This document shows positions 1-9,900 of a stretch of DNA of 45,832 nucleotides, in pieces. A program made the position numbers and the translations under genes. The DNA is from Thermodesulfovibrionales bacterium. Its GTDB lineage: Bacteria > Nitrospirota > Thermodesulfovibrionia > Thermodesulfovibrionales > UBA6898. The stretch lies in NCBI GenBank assembly GCA_044450345.1, contig JBIOIY010000015.1:1-45832 (forward strand), given 5' to 3'. Under the pieces are notes generated by a model. The model ran no database searches. It was not told the origin of the DNA and was given only the letters and a program-made list of their open reading frames with translations. Numbering within the stretch: the first letter of the stretch is position 1; each line of letters starts with the position of its first letter.

Positions 1-105
1 AAACATTTCGACCCCGACGTCGTCGAGGCTTTTGCTGCCATATTCCAGACATTGGGGGCTGACGTGCCGCTGATATCTGAGAATTTATTACGTAAAGATC
101 ATTAA
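1..105 (+). CDS. C-terminal end of an HD-GYP domain protein (partial, runs off the window start)
   Basis: Frame 1 reads KHFDPDVVEAFAAIFQTLGADVPLISENLLRKDH*. HFDPxVVEAF is the typical closing motif of HD-GYP domains. Not in the ORF track because it has no start in the window. Confidence 0.75.
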   Translation, partial: KHFDPDVVEAFAAIFQTLGADVPLISENLLRKDH

Positions 106-362
106 ACTCCACATCTGGGCGCATGCCCAATGTGTCCCCCCCTCATCATCAAAATGAGTTACGCTGAAATTCCTCCTGAGTCACCTCACATTTGGCCGAT
201 ATTACGACCAAAACATCTTAACGTGGCGCTTCGGAACATCTCAGAAGTTCTGCTGATTAACAATAGGAATCCGTATCTCACGGTGAATTCTTGGGATACC
301 GATCTCAGGAAGAAGGCGTAAAAAAAACAGTGGGTCCTCCTCGGCACTCTCCTCGAAGTCTT

Positions 363-944
363 TTATTTCCGTATCTGAATGAGGTCCTCGGCCGCCGCGT
401 TCTTCATAAGGTTGCTTATGATCTTGCGCTCATAATCCCCGACTTCGTTGAACTCTATTCCCATGCTGGCCTGATTCTTAGCATTGCCACTTCTTGCATT
501 TACCACAATACCTTTCAAACGGATATGGTTTCCCCCTTCCAGGGGCAATGACAGCTCCACTTTTGAACCGATGGCAAAAGGGACTGTTGTCTTAAGACAA
601 ATCCCTCCCAGGGAGAGATTTTCAGTGAAATGTTCAGAGGTTGTACCATTATGGGTCACGTGTACTCTCGTGCAGAAATTAACCCTCACGTGCTTCCTTC
701 TTGTTCCCGGCTTCAGGCCCCTGTTCTCGATCTCGATCCTGAGAATATCAAGTATTTCCCTCGCCAGTGCTGTATCAATGAATAAGGCGATTCTCTTGCT
801 GATAGTGTCAGCGGCACATAAAAAACTCTCTTTGGTATCGGCTGATTCGTCCAGGATAGCCAGAGCCTTTTCTATGAAAAAAGAACTGGCAACTACGCCC
901 AGCCGTTCAGTAATAATGCTTTTTAACCCATCTTTGATAGACAT
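363..944 (-). CDS. PilZ domain protein with an uncharacterised N-terminal helical domain
   Basis: C-terminal half has RRKHVR (RxxxR) and ENLSLGG (D/NxSxxG) c-di-GMP-binding motifs and ends in a GIEF strand. Confidence 0.85.
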   Translation of the reverse strand: MSIKDGLKSIITERLGVVASSFFIEKALAILDESADTKESFLCAADTISKRIALFIDTALAREILDILRIEIENRGLKPGTRRKHVRVNFCTRVHVTHNGTTSEHFTENLSLGGICLKTTVPFAIGSKVELSLPLEGGNHIRLKGIVVNARSGNAKNQASMGIEFNEVGDYERKIISNLMKNAAAEDLIQIRK

Positions 945-954
945 CTTATCCGGT

Positions 955-1251
955 TCACAAGCCCGCCTCTTTTATTATCTTAAAAAAGAGATTGATGGCC
1001 TTCACAATAAATATGGCGGCCGCCAGAGAAATAATCGCGACAATCAGCTCTTTAGATGTTTCCGGCAGCGTCGGGAATAAGAGTGTTGCCAAGAAGCCTA
1101 TTGTTAGAAGACCGATGAGGTAATAAAAAAGCCTCCAATATTGCTTGACAATTCCACCCGGAATCTTCTTATTTAAAATAACAACTCTAAATAACGCATA
1201 AAAAATGGTACAGATGGCTGAGAGCGAAATAAGCATAGGCAACTGCTTCAT
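955..1251 (-). CDS. Small membrane protein (about 3 TM helices), unknown function
   Basis: Three hydrophobic segments. Start chosen at ATG 1251 (MKQLPML) because GAGGG lies at 1261-1265 on the minus strand. Stop is 10 bp before the PilZ gene start. Confidence 0.7.
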   Translation of the reverse strand: MKQLPMLISLSAICTIFYALFRVVILNKKIPGGIVKQYWRLFYYLIGLLTIGFLATLLFPTLPETSKELIVAIISLAAAIFIVKAINLFFKIIKEAGL

Positions 1252-1298
1252 ATCATCGATCCCTCTTTTTGACCATGGATTTTGATATATGATATCCC

Positions 1299-1608
1299 TT
1301 ATGAAATCAAATTGCAAAATAATTGTGTTGAGATTTTTGAAGATTGCGGAGTCTTGAGGAGGCGCTTAATCTTCCGAACGATGGCGAGGGACGCGAGCGT
1401 CAAAAAGCAGAGCCCGGCAACGAAGAGGATGTCCGCCGCTTTTCGGTAAAAACCGTGCGCGGTTTTGCTCCTCAGCGAGGCATACGAAGAGGAAGACGAC
1501 GATCGCAACGGCTACGAGTTCGTCGAGAAGTGTCTGGTCGCGGAGTTTCAGGACATTGATGAAGCTGAATACCAGGAAGCATATCCCGAGCAGGTTTGCG
1601 GTCCTCAG
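1299..1608 (-). pseudogene. Frameshifted, start-less remnant of a small 3-TM membrane protein gene
   Basis: One frame reads RTANLLGICFLVFSFINVLKLRDQTLLDELVAVAIVVFLF. After a shift near 1485-1495 another frame continues SYASLRSKTAHGFYRKAADILFVAGLCFLTLASLAIV. There is no ATG or GTG before the upstream in-frame stop at 1621-1623. Confidence 0.55.
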
Positions 1609-1609
1609 C

Positions 1610-2584
1610 TTAGTGCTGCTTTATCTCCTTTGTAAGGGTGCGAGGAATCTCGACGTCCAAACGCGGAAGAATTGAGATAAATGCCTTCAGCACGCCCTGA
1701 TCAAAGTCAGTCTGAGCACGTTCCATCATCTGCTTTTTTGAATCGACGGGCGATACGTCCTTTCCGGAAAAGCGATCGGAATTCAGCATATCATACGAGT
1801 CCGCAACTGCGATGATCCGCGCCCCGAGAGGGATCTCATCTCCCGCCATATGGAATTCTCCGCTGCCGTCGAATTTCTCGCGGTTATAAAGGATAGAAGG
1901 CAGTATGTCGAGGATCTTTCCGCATACCGGTTCCAGGGCATCGGTTCCGCGCGTGGTGCGAATCTCCATGCGGCCGTACTCTTCGGTCGTCATCTTATCA
2001 ATTTTTTTAAGGACCTCACTGCTTACGCCGAGTTTGCCGAGGTCGTGCAAGAGAGCGCCAATGCGGATATTTTCGACCCACACCTCGGACAGCCCCATCT
2101 CCCTGGCGATCATCCCCGAGATCACAGAAACCCTGTAAGAGTGGCTCTGTGTGGCCTTGTCTGTCGAATCTATGATAAGGGACATCATCTCGATAATCCC
2201 CTGGTAGGTCTTTTTTATTTCTTTGTTTGCTCTCTCCTTCTTTTCATAAAGGTGACCCATTAAATAACCGGTTATGACCAGGAAACTTCCCCATGTGGCG
2301 ATATCGAGCCATCTGTAAAGCTCGTCATTGGCAGCCAAAGTGAATGTAGACGGATAATAGTATGCAATCAAGGAAACAAGTATTATGGAAAGCAGTGCTG
2401 AGTGAGTGGCATAGCGCTTGCCGAAAAAATAGGCGCCGACCAACACGGGAAGGTAAAAGAAATTCAGAAAAGCCCACTGGTTAGAAACAAAAAAGTAGAT
2501 AATTCCGGTGACCGCCACGAGAAGGAAAACAATGATGAGTTCCTTGTCGACTGCGAAATACTTCGCTAACTTTCTTGACAACAT
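1610..2584 (-). CDS. Membrane-anchored HD-GYP-like protein with a degenerate active site
   Basis: Four N-terminal TM helices, then HSYRV, LLHDLGK, EIPLGARIIAVADSYD and FDQGV. The HHExxDGxGYP motif is altered to NREKFDGSGEF. Confidence 0.85.
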   Translation of the reverse strand: MLSRKLAKYFAVDKELIIVFLLVAVTGIIYFFVSNQWAFLNFFYLPVLVGAYFFGKRYATHSALLSIILVSLIAYYYPSTFTLAANDELYRWLDIATWGSFLVITGYLMGHLYEKKERANKEIKKTYQGIIEMMSLIIDSTDKATQSHSYRVSVISGMIAREMGLSEVWVENIRIGALLHDLGKLGVSSEVLKKIDKMTTEEYGRMEIRTTRGTDALEPVCGKILDILPSILYNREKFDGSGEFHMAGDEIPLGARIIAVADSYDMLNSDRFSGKDVSPVDSKKQMMERAQTDFDQGVLKAFISILPRLDVEIPRTLTKEIKQH

Positions 2585-2837
2585 TTCCTTTATCTGTTGT
2601 TTCCCCTTGGGACCGTTAGTGTATGAGGCAAATTATTCCAACAAATCAGTCCGGCGGAGTCCTTTTCCTTATTCATCACTTTAAAATGATATCAAACCCG
2701 GCATGTAAATTTCCACTGCAATTATGAAAGCTTTGGCAGTGAGCGGGTCTCGCCGTATGGCGGGACCCGCTGGATTAGACGGGAAAGGACACGTTTTAGA
2801 GAGTTACGCTGCCGGAGAAGTTACCGCTGAGTGGATG

Positions 2838-3419
2838 TTATCTCCGGATGATCGCCCTGACGATGTCCCTCCGCGAGACGATTCCGATGAGTTTATTCTC
2901 CTGGTCCACGACGGGCAGCCTCCTGATCCTTTTTTCATCCATTACCTTTGCCGCTTCACTGATATCGACGTCGGGCCTTATTGTTACTGCAGGCGCGGTC
3001 ATGATGTCTCCAACCAGGTCCCCCATCCTTCGTTCGGTAAGTGGTTCGCCGAATAGGTGTCTGATTATGTCTTTGAAGGTATGCCCCCTTCTTGCTCCCA
3101 TCATGGAAAGGACGTCCGCCTCGGAGATGATACCGATGACGCGTTTTTCCTTGTCCAGCACGGGGAGACCGCTGATATTATTATCCGCGAGGATCCCGGC
3201 GGCCTTGTTTATATCGTCGAATTTTTGAACGGCGACCACATCCCTTTTCATCACATCCTGGACCCGTATCTTGGAAACAATCCGTGATTTTGCATGTTTG
3301 AAGGCTGTGGCATAGATTTTCTTGAGGTCCCCTGCGGTAATGTCTGAATACGTCTTGGTCTCTTTGAGCGCTGCAATCAGGTCTTCATCAGAGATCTCTT
3401 CGTGAATGTTATCGTCCAT
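2838..3419 (-). CDS. CBS domain-containing protein (tandem CBS pair)
   Basis: VQDVMKRDVV...ISGLPVLD...GIISEADV and VGDIMTAPAV...IRRLPVVD...GIVSRRDIV. Start at MDDNIH has GAGGG upstream. Confidence 0.88.
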   Translation of the reverse strand: MDDNIHEEISDEDLIAALKETKTYSDITAGDLKKIYATAFKHAKSRIVSKIRVQDVMKRDVVAVQKFDDINKAAGILADNNISGLPVLDKEKRVIGIISEADVLSMMGARRGHTFKDIIRHLFGEPLTERRMGDLVGDIMTAPAVTIRPDVDISEAAKVMDEKRIRRLPVVDQENKLIGIVSRRDIVRAIIRR

Positions 3420-3625
3420 ATATTCCCTCTTTAATGAAAGTTGAGATGTCGACTGATGGGGCAATCCCTCACCGTCATACAAAACTCATAGCACAAAAAT
3501 GCGCGCAATTCAATTCACTCAATTATACAGGAAGGCAGTTGCCTATAGGAAGGCGATTCTATGCAGGAGGCAATCCCTTGATGTCGCCTGTTGTCAAAGA
3601 GAACAGGAGGGTACTATAATTCACA

Positions 3626-4750
3626 ATGGCCTTCAACGACCTTGAGCGTAAAATCATTCAAAAAATCGGCGAAGACGGCCCGATTACTTTCGAGAAGTTC
3701 ATGGATATGGCGCTCTATGACGCCGAGTTCGGCTATTACACTTCTCGAAATGCCAGGCTGGGGAGGAAAGGAGACTATTATACGAGTTCCTATCTCCACC
3801 CCGTATTCGGGACGATGCTGGGGAGACAGCTTGAGGAGATGTGGGAGTCCATGGGTCGGCCCCGGGATTTTGAAGTCCTGGAAATGGGCGCCGGCGCAGG
3901 GTATCTGTGTAAAGACATCCTCGATTCCTTGAAAAAACGCGAAATCTTCTCATCGCTGAGATATTACATCATAGAACTCAGTCCAGCCATGAGAGAGGAA
4001 CAGAAAGGGGTTCTCGGCGATTATCCGGGAAAGGTGAAATGGTTCTTATCGTCCGGCGAAGTAAACGGCGCAAGAGGCTGTTTGCTTTCGAACGAACTTC
4101 TCGATGCCTTCCCCGTCCATCTTATCCAGATGGAAGACGAATTGAAGGAGGTTTATGTCGGCGCTTCGGAGGGAAGGTTCAAGGAGTATTTGGGCCCTCC
4201 CAGCGATCATTCAGTCCCTCACTATCTTGAGGAGTTCTCCGTGCAACTCGAGAGAGGATACAGGACGGAGATCAACCTCAGGATAAGGGATTGGCTCAGA
4301 AGCGCGGCCGCTGCTTTTGCTGCGGGGTTCATCCTGACGATAGATTACGGCTACACCACGCAAGAATATTACAGTGAAGACAGGAACAGGGGGACTCTGA
4401 TGTGTTACCACAAACACCGGTTGATTGAAGATCCCCTGGTGAACATCGGAGAAGAGGACATCACCGCACATGTGAATTTTTCGTCTGTCAAAAGATGGGG
4501 AGAGGAAGAAGACTTCAAAACGCTGGGCTTCTGCGGACAGGGCGCGTACCTCACTTCCCTCGGCATCGATGATGAATTAAAACGGCTCGCCGTGGAGTCG
4601 AAGGACTACCTCTTTGAGCTTGCGCGCATAAAAAAACTCATACTGCCGCAGGGGATGGGCGAATCGCACCAGGTGATGATTCAATATAAAGGGCCGGGTA
4701 CGCCGGAGCTCAAAGGCTTTACTCTGAGGAACCGTACGAGATACCTTTAG
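3626..4750 (+). CDS. SAM-dependent methyltransferase, MidA/NDUFAF7 (DUF185) family
   Basis: GPITFEKFMDMALY, GYY, GDYYTS, EMGAGAG, SNELLDAFPVH, IDYG and DITAHVNF motifs. AGGAGG upstream. Confidence 0.9.
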   Translation: MAFNDLERKIIQKIGEDGPITFEKFMDMALYDAEFGYYTSRNARLGRKGDYYTSSYLHPVFGTMLGRQLEEMWESMGRPRDFEVLEMGAGAGYLCKDILDSLKKREIFSSLRYYIIELSPAMREEQKGVLGDYPGKVKWFLSSGEVNGARGCLLSNELLDAFPVHLIQMEDELKEVYVGASEGRFKEYLGPPSDHSVPHYLEEFSVQLERGYRTEINLRIRDWLRSAAAAFAAGFILTIDYGYTTQEYYSEDRNRGTLMCYHKHRLIEDPLVNIGEEDITAHVNFSSVKRWGEEEDFKTLGFCGQGAYLTSLGIDDELKRLAVESKDYLFELARIKKLILPQGMGESHQVMIQYKGPGTPELKGFTLRNRTRYL

Positions 4751-5495
4751 TTTTAAGGTATTCCAGGCTCTTAAGGACATGTTCGGGAGTGTGCGCCTCT
4801 ATGGTATATACGCAATCATGGCGGCCGAGAAGCCCGAAGAATTTCAAGAATTCAAAGGTCCCTTCACCCATCGGCAGGTGCTGATCTGCCGACCTGTCGT
4901 TGTCGTGCAGGTGAAGTTCTGCAATGTAGGCTGCAAGCGCACGCATCCACTCTTCGAGAGGCACCTTCGAAAAGAGGTTGCAGTGTCCGGTATCGAAGCA
5001 TACGCCGAAGTTATCGGAACCCATCTGCTCCATGAGCAGTCTGAGGTTCGAGGGCTCGTCTTCGAAGATATTTTCTATCGCGATTTTGACTCCCATCTCT
5101 GCTGCCCTTTCGTTTAAAGGCCGCCAGGTCAAGAGGCTCTTTTCGATCCAGAAATTGACATCCAGGGCATACTTCCATTTTTCGTAGCCGGAATGAAAAA
5201 CGATTGTCTTTGGCCTGAGGACCTCCGCTATATCGAGGACATAAGAGAACCTTTCCATCGTGGCCTTACGCACTTTCGAATCGACTGCGGCGGGCGAGAG
5301 GTCCATGAAAGGGGCGTGGATCGAGAGGGAAGGGCCGTAATCAAGGACTTCAAGCAGGTCTTTTATTTCATCTGTCGATACGGCGTCGAGAGCGGCGGAA
5401 CCGAAGTATATTTCCAGATCCAACCTCTCTTTTTTTATAAAATCCGCGTATTCCGGTATCCGGCTGTAGGGGACGTGTATATGCGGTCCGGGCAC
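4719..5495 (-). CDS. Sugar phosphate isomerase/epimerase family (AP endonuclease 2 / xylose-isomerase-like TIM barrel)
   Basis: SIHAPFMDL, VFHSG, IAIEN, FDTGH, LHLHDN, DQHLPMGEG and TIE metal-binding motifs. Confidence 0.88.
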   Translation of the reverse strand: MPGPHIHVPYSRIPEYADFIKKERLDLEIYFGSAALDAVSTDEIKDLLEVLDYGPSLSIHAPFMDLSPAAVDSKVRKATMERFSYVLDIAEVLRPKTIVFHSGYEKWKYALDVNFWIEKSLLTWRPLNERAAEMGVKIAIENIFEDEPSNLRLLMEQMGSDNFGVCFDTGHCNLFSKVPLEEWMRALAAYIAELHLHDNDRSADQHLPMGEGTFEFLKFFGLLGRHDCVYTIEAHTPEHVLKSLEYLKTKGISYGSSE

Positions 5496-5800
5496 TATTT
5501 GGATGCAACTGCCTCGGTGGGTGACTTCTTCTCCGTCTTCGTCTCTGCTTTGTTTTCCGGCTTACTCTCAGATTTCGTGTCGTCGGCCTTCCTAGTCGTT
5601 GAATCACCGCCGGAATGATTACCTGAGGCGTAATCTGTCGCATACCAGCCGGTGCCCTTCAGTACAAAGGACGTGCTCGAAATCATCTTCTTCATTTTAC
5701 CTCCGCAGTCCGGACAATCGATCAGCGGGTTTTCGGTTATCCTCTGCATGAGTTCATGTCTTTTTTTGCACTTCAGACATTCATATTCATATACGGGCAT
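5495..5800 (-). CDS. FmdB family zinc-ribbon protein
   Basis: [11 protein letters not shown]...CPDCGG...[13 protein letters not shown] signature. GGAGG upstream. Stop overlaps the next start codon. Confidence 0.9.
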   Translation of the reverse strand: MPVYEYECLKCKKRHELMQRITENPLIDCPDCGGKMKKMISSTSFVLKGTGWYATDYASGNHSGGDSTTRKADDTKSESKPENKAETKTEKKSPTEAVASK

Positions 5801-6017
5801 AGCGCGTCGAACCTCCCTCGTAAAACCTATTACTAGTATAACCCAGATTTAGAAATCGCGTCAATTCTACTCAAAAAAAAGCCGTTTATAGAAGCATGCC
5901 TGATTATCGACAGAACCGAGGAGAATGTCTCCATCGACTTAGGATAGATGGAAGAAATGGATTGTTTTCAAGGCGTGACTTGTAAGCTACCGGGAAAAAA
6001 TGGCCTCACTTGGGCGC

Positions 6018-6422
6018 CTATGGGCAGCCGGGGTTACCGCCCATAGCCGCACTCCGGATAACTTCTATTTCTCTTTCGAGGACATACGGGTCAAGCGGTT
6101 TTTTGAGGAACAGGCATGCACCTGCTTCAATGAGAGACTTCCCCACATCTTCCCACGCGCTCATTGCTATGACCGGAAGATCTCTCCATTTTTCCTTGAC
6201 CTGTTTTATAAATTCAATTCCGTGCATTCTAGGCATCAAAAAATCCACTATGACCAGGAGGTATGAACTATTTTCACCGATGAGCCTAAGTGCATCAGTC
6301 CCGTTGCCTGCGAATTCCGCATGATAGTTGTTGACCTCGCAAAACGCCTTCAGAAAGGCCCTGATAAGAGGGTCATCATCCACTATAAGAATCCTAAAGT
6401 CGCTGGAATGAAATGAATTCAT
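6018..6422 (-). CDS. Single-domain response regulator (REC)
   Basis: ILIVDDD, phospho-Asp in IVDFLMPRMHG, MSA and FLKKP. Start is uncertain (TTG at 6443 also possible). Confidence 0.85.
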   Translation of the reverse strand: MNSFHSSDFRILIVDDDPLIRAFLKAFCEVNNYHAEFAGNGTDALRLIGENSSYLLVIVDFLMPRMHGIEFIKQVKEKWRDLPVIAMSAWEDVGKSLIEAGACLFLKKPLDPYVLEREIEVIRSAAMGGNPGCP

Positions 6423-6660
6423 TAGTAGACTGATCATCAACAATTAATATCTTTATCATAAATATTGTAGATCAGCAAAAAATATACCACATCATACCGC
6501 GGATAAAACATATCGAATAATAAATGGTATTTCCGGGTTGCTCCTATATATTAGGTAACATAAACAATATAGAAAACTGTTAATCGTTATTAAAAAATAT
6601 ATATACAAGGAGGTCATAAGTAAAGCCTCAAGTTGTTATTCCTCCTGAAAACAAAAGAAT

Positions 6661-6705
6661 GATTCCTGACCTGCCTACCGGACAGCCAGGCAAGCCGGAA
6701 TGACA
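6661..6705. repeat. REP-like hairpin unit interrupted by a 21-nt palindromic insert
   Basis: GATTCCTGA[CCTGCCTACCGGACAGCCAGG]CAAGCCGGAATGACA. Without the insert it matches 12939-12962 at 22 of 24 positions. Confidence 0.7.
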
Positions 6706-6904
6706 AAATACGCGTGAGATGTCGCGTTGCTTTCGATCTTATTAATAACTTCCCTGCAAATAATCCCTTAGACGCAAAGGCTGGGGCAGGCACCGGGTTA
6801 TTGTAATCGGCAATATATTTTATGAAACGCTTGCAATTTATATTATAATGTAGCACTGACGAACGCAGAACAATAAACAATAGAGACGTAAGAAGGAGGA
6901 AAAT

Positions 6905-9900
6905 ATGGCTCGAAAGATGGTAACGGTTGACGGATGCACTGCGTGTGCGCATGTGGTGCATGCCACGAATGAGATTATCACGATTTATCCTATCACTCCT
7001 TCTTCGCCCATAGCGGAGATATGCGACGCGAAGACCGCCGCGGGACAGGCGAATATATGGGGCTCTGTCCCCAGGGTGAGCCAGATGCAGTCCGAGGCCG
7101 GCGTTGCGGGCGCGGTGCACGGCTCCCTTGCCACCGGGGCCCTTGCTACCACCATCTCGGCCTCTCAGGGACTTCTCCTTATCGTCCCCAATATGTACAA
7201 GATCGCCGGTGAACTGACGCCTACAGTATTTCATATTACGGCCAGGTCTCTCGCGTGCCAGGGGCTTTCGATATTCGGGGACCATTCGGACGTGATGGCG
7301 GCCCGCTCAACGGGCTTCGCCATGCTCTGCTCCAAGAACGTCCAGGAGGCGATGGACTTTGCGCTCATAGCCCAGGCGGCGACGCTTGAATCCAGGGTCC
7401 CCTTCATCCATTTCTTCGACGGCTTCAGGACCTCCCACGAGATCCAGAAGATAGAGGAGCTCTCTTTTGACGATATGAGGGCGATGATCGACGACGACCT
7501 GGTGATCGCGCAGCGTATGCGCGGGCTTACCCCGGACCGTCCCGTGATACGCGGCACCGCGCAGAACCCCGATGTCTATTTCCAGGGACGTGAGACGGTG
7601 AACAGATTTTATGATGCAACCCCCATGATAGTGCGGAAGGCCATGGACAGGTTTGCGGCGCTGGTCGGCAGGCAATACAGACTCTTCGATTACTACGGAG
7701 ACCAAAATGCAGAACGTGTCGTTGTCGTCATGGGTTCAGCGGGGGAGACCCTCGAAAGCACGGTCGATGCCCTTAACGCAAAGGGGGAAAGACTCGGCAT
7801 TATCCAGGTGAGACTCTACAGACCCTTTTCCGCGGATGCCCTTGCCGATGTCCTGCCTTCCACCACAAAGGCGATAGCTGTGCTCGACCGTACGAAAGAG
7901 CCGGGGGCCCTGGGGGAGCCGTTATATCTTGACGTCAGGACTGCTGTGGGTGAGGCGATGGAGCGGGGAACGGCCAAAGTAGCGCAGTATCCGAAGATTG
8001 TGGGAGGGCGCTACGGACTCGGCTCCAAAGACTTTACGCCCGCGATGGCAAAGGCGGTATTCGACAACCTGGCCAAGACGGCCCCGAAGAACCATTTTAC
8101 AATCGGTATAAATGACGATCTCACCAGCACGAGCCTCGACTACGACGAATCATTCAGGATCGAAGGGAGCGGGGTCTTCCGCGCCCTTTTCTACGGCCTC
8201 GGTGCGGACGGCACGGTCGGCGCGAACAAGAACACGATCAAGATCATCGGCACCGAGACGGAAAATTATGCGCAGGGATATTTTGTCTACGACTCCAAGA
8301 AGTCGGGCGCGATAACCATTTCCCACCTCCGCTTCGGAAAAGAGAAGATCCATGACCCATATCTTGTCCCGAAGGCGAATTTCATCGCCTGCCATAACAC
8401 GTCGTTCCTCGAAAAATACGATATGCTCGCCAATGCCGAGGAAAAGTCTACCTTTCTCCTGACGACTTCCCACGGGAAGAAGGAGGTATGGGATTCCCTT
8501 CCGGCCGAGGTCCAGGAACATCTCATCTCGAAGAAGATGAAGTTCTTTATCATCGATGCGTTGTCTCTGGCGGAGGAACTCGGGCTCGGGACGAGGATAA
8601 ACATGATCATGCAGACCGCCTTCTTCGTGATCTCAGGCATCATACCCAAAGAGGATGCGATAAAGTCGATCAAGGAACAGATCAAAAAGACCTACTACAA
8701 GAAAGGCGACGAGGTAATCAAGATGAACTATGCTGCTGTTGACAAGGGGCTCCAGAATATTGTGGAAGTCCCTGTCCCCGCCGCTGTTTCATCAAAGATA
8801 AGGATGAGGCCGCCTGTACCCGGGGACGCACCCGAATTCGTCAGGAACGTTACCGCAAAGATGATAGAGGGGAAGGGCGATGCCTTGCCTGTCTCGGCGA
8901 TCCCTCCCGACGGCACCTGGCCGACCGGCACTACGCAGTACGAGAAGCGGAACATCGGTGTCCATATACCGATTTGGGAACCCGATCTCTGCATCCAGTG
9001 CGGCCAATGCTCTTTTGTCTGTCCGCATGCGACTATAAGGATAAAGGCATACGATCCATCGCTTTTGAAAGATGCCCCCTCGACCTTCAGGTCGGTCGAC
9101 GCGACTGGTAAGGACCTCAAGGGACTGAAGTTTACGGTCCAGGTAGCTCCTGAGGACTGTACCGGCTGCGGTTCCTGCGTGTATGTCTGTCCGGGATTCA
9201 AGAAGGACGCCGACGGCAAGAAGATACCCGACCACAAGGCGATAAACATGAAGCCCCAGGAACCCCTTCGTGAACAGGAAACCGATAATTACCGGTTCTT
9301 CCTCAACCTGCCGGATACCGACCCCTCGAAATTCAATGCAGCAAGCGTGAAAGGGAGCCAGCTGGTAAAGCCGCTCTTTGAGTACCACGGGGCCTGCGCC
9401 GGCTGCGGCGAGACGCCTTACATAAAACTGCTGACGCAGCTCTTCGGCGACCATCTTCTCATCGCAAACGCCACCGGATGTTCCTCCATCTACGGAGGAA
9501 ACCTGCCGACGACGCCTTATACAAAGCGGGCTGACGGCCGGGGGCCGGCATGGGCCAATTCGTTATTTGAAGATAACGCGGAATTCGGCTTCGGTATGAA
9601 GCAGACGGTGACGAAATTCAATTCACAGGCGCTCGAACTCCTCGACAGGGTCTCGGCGAGGCCGGAGTATTTCGGGTCGAGGGGCCTCTTCGATGCGCTT
9701 AAGAATTCCGACCAGTCGACTCAGAAAGGGATAGAAGAACAGAGGACGAGGGTCGAAGAACTGAAGAAGTTGATTTCTAAGGACGCCTCCCCTGAGGCGA
9801 AGAGCCTCTTCTCCCTTGCCGACTATCTCGTGAAAAAGACGGTCTGGGCGATCGGCGGTGACGGGTGGGCTTATGACATAGGCTACGGCGGGCTGGACCA

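Noticed and set aside
6755..6805. GCAAA...GACGCAAAG upstream of nifJ, resembling a c-di-GMP-I riboswitch
   Set aside because: It lacks the GNRA-capped P2 stem and a convincing P3/P1.
6614..7285. 223-aa minus-strand ORF
   Set aside because: It is antisense to the nifJ 5' end and runs through promoter and repeat DNA, with no protein-like features.
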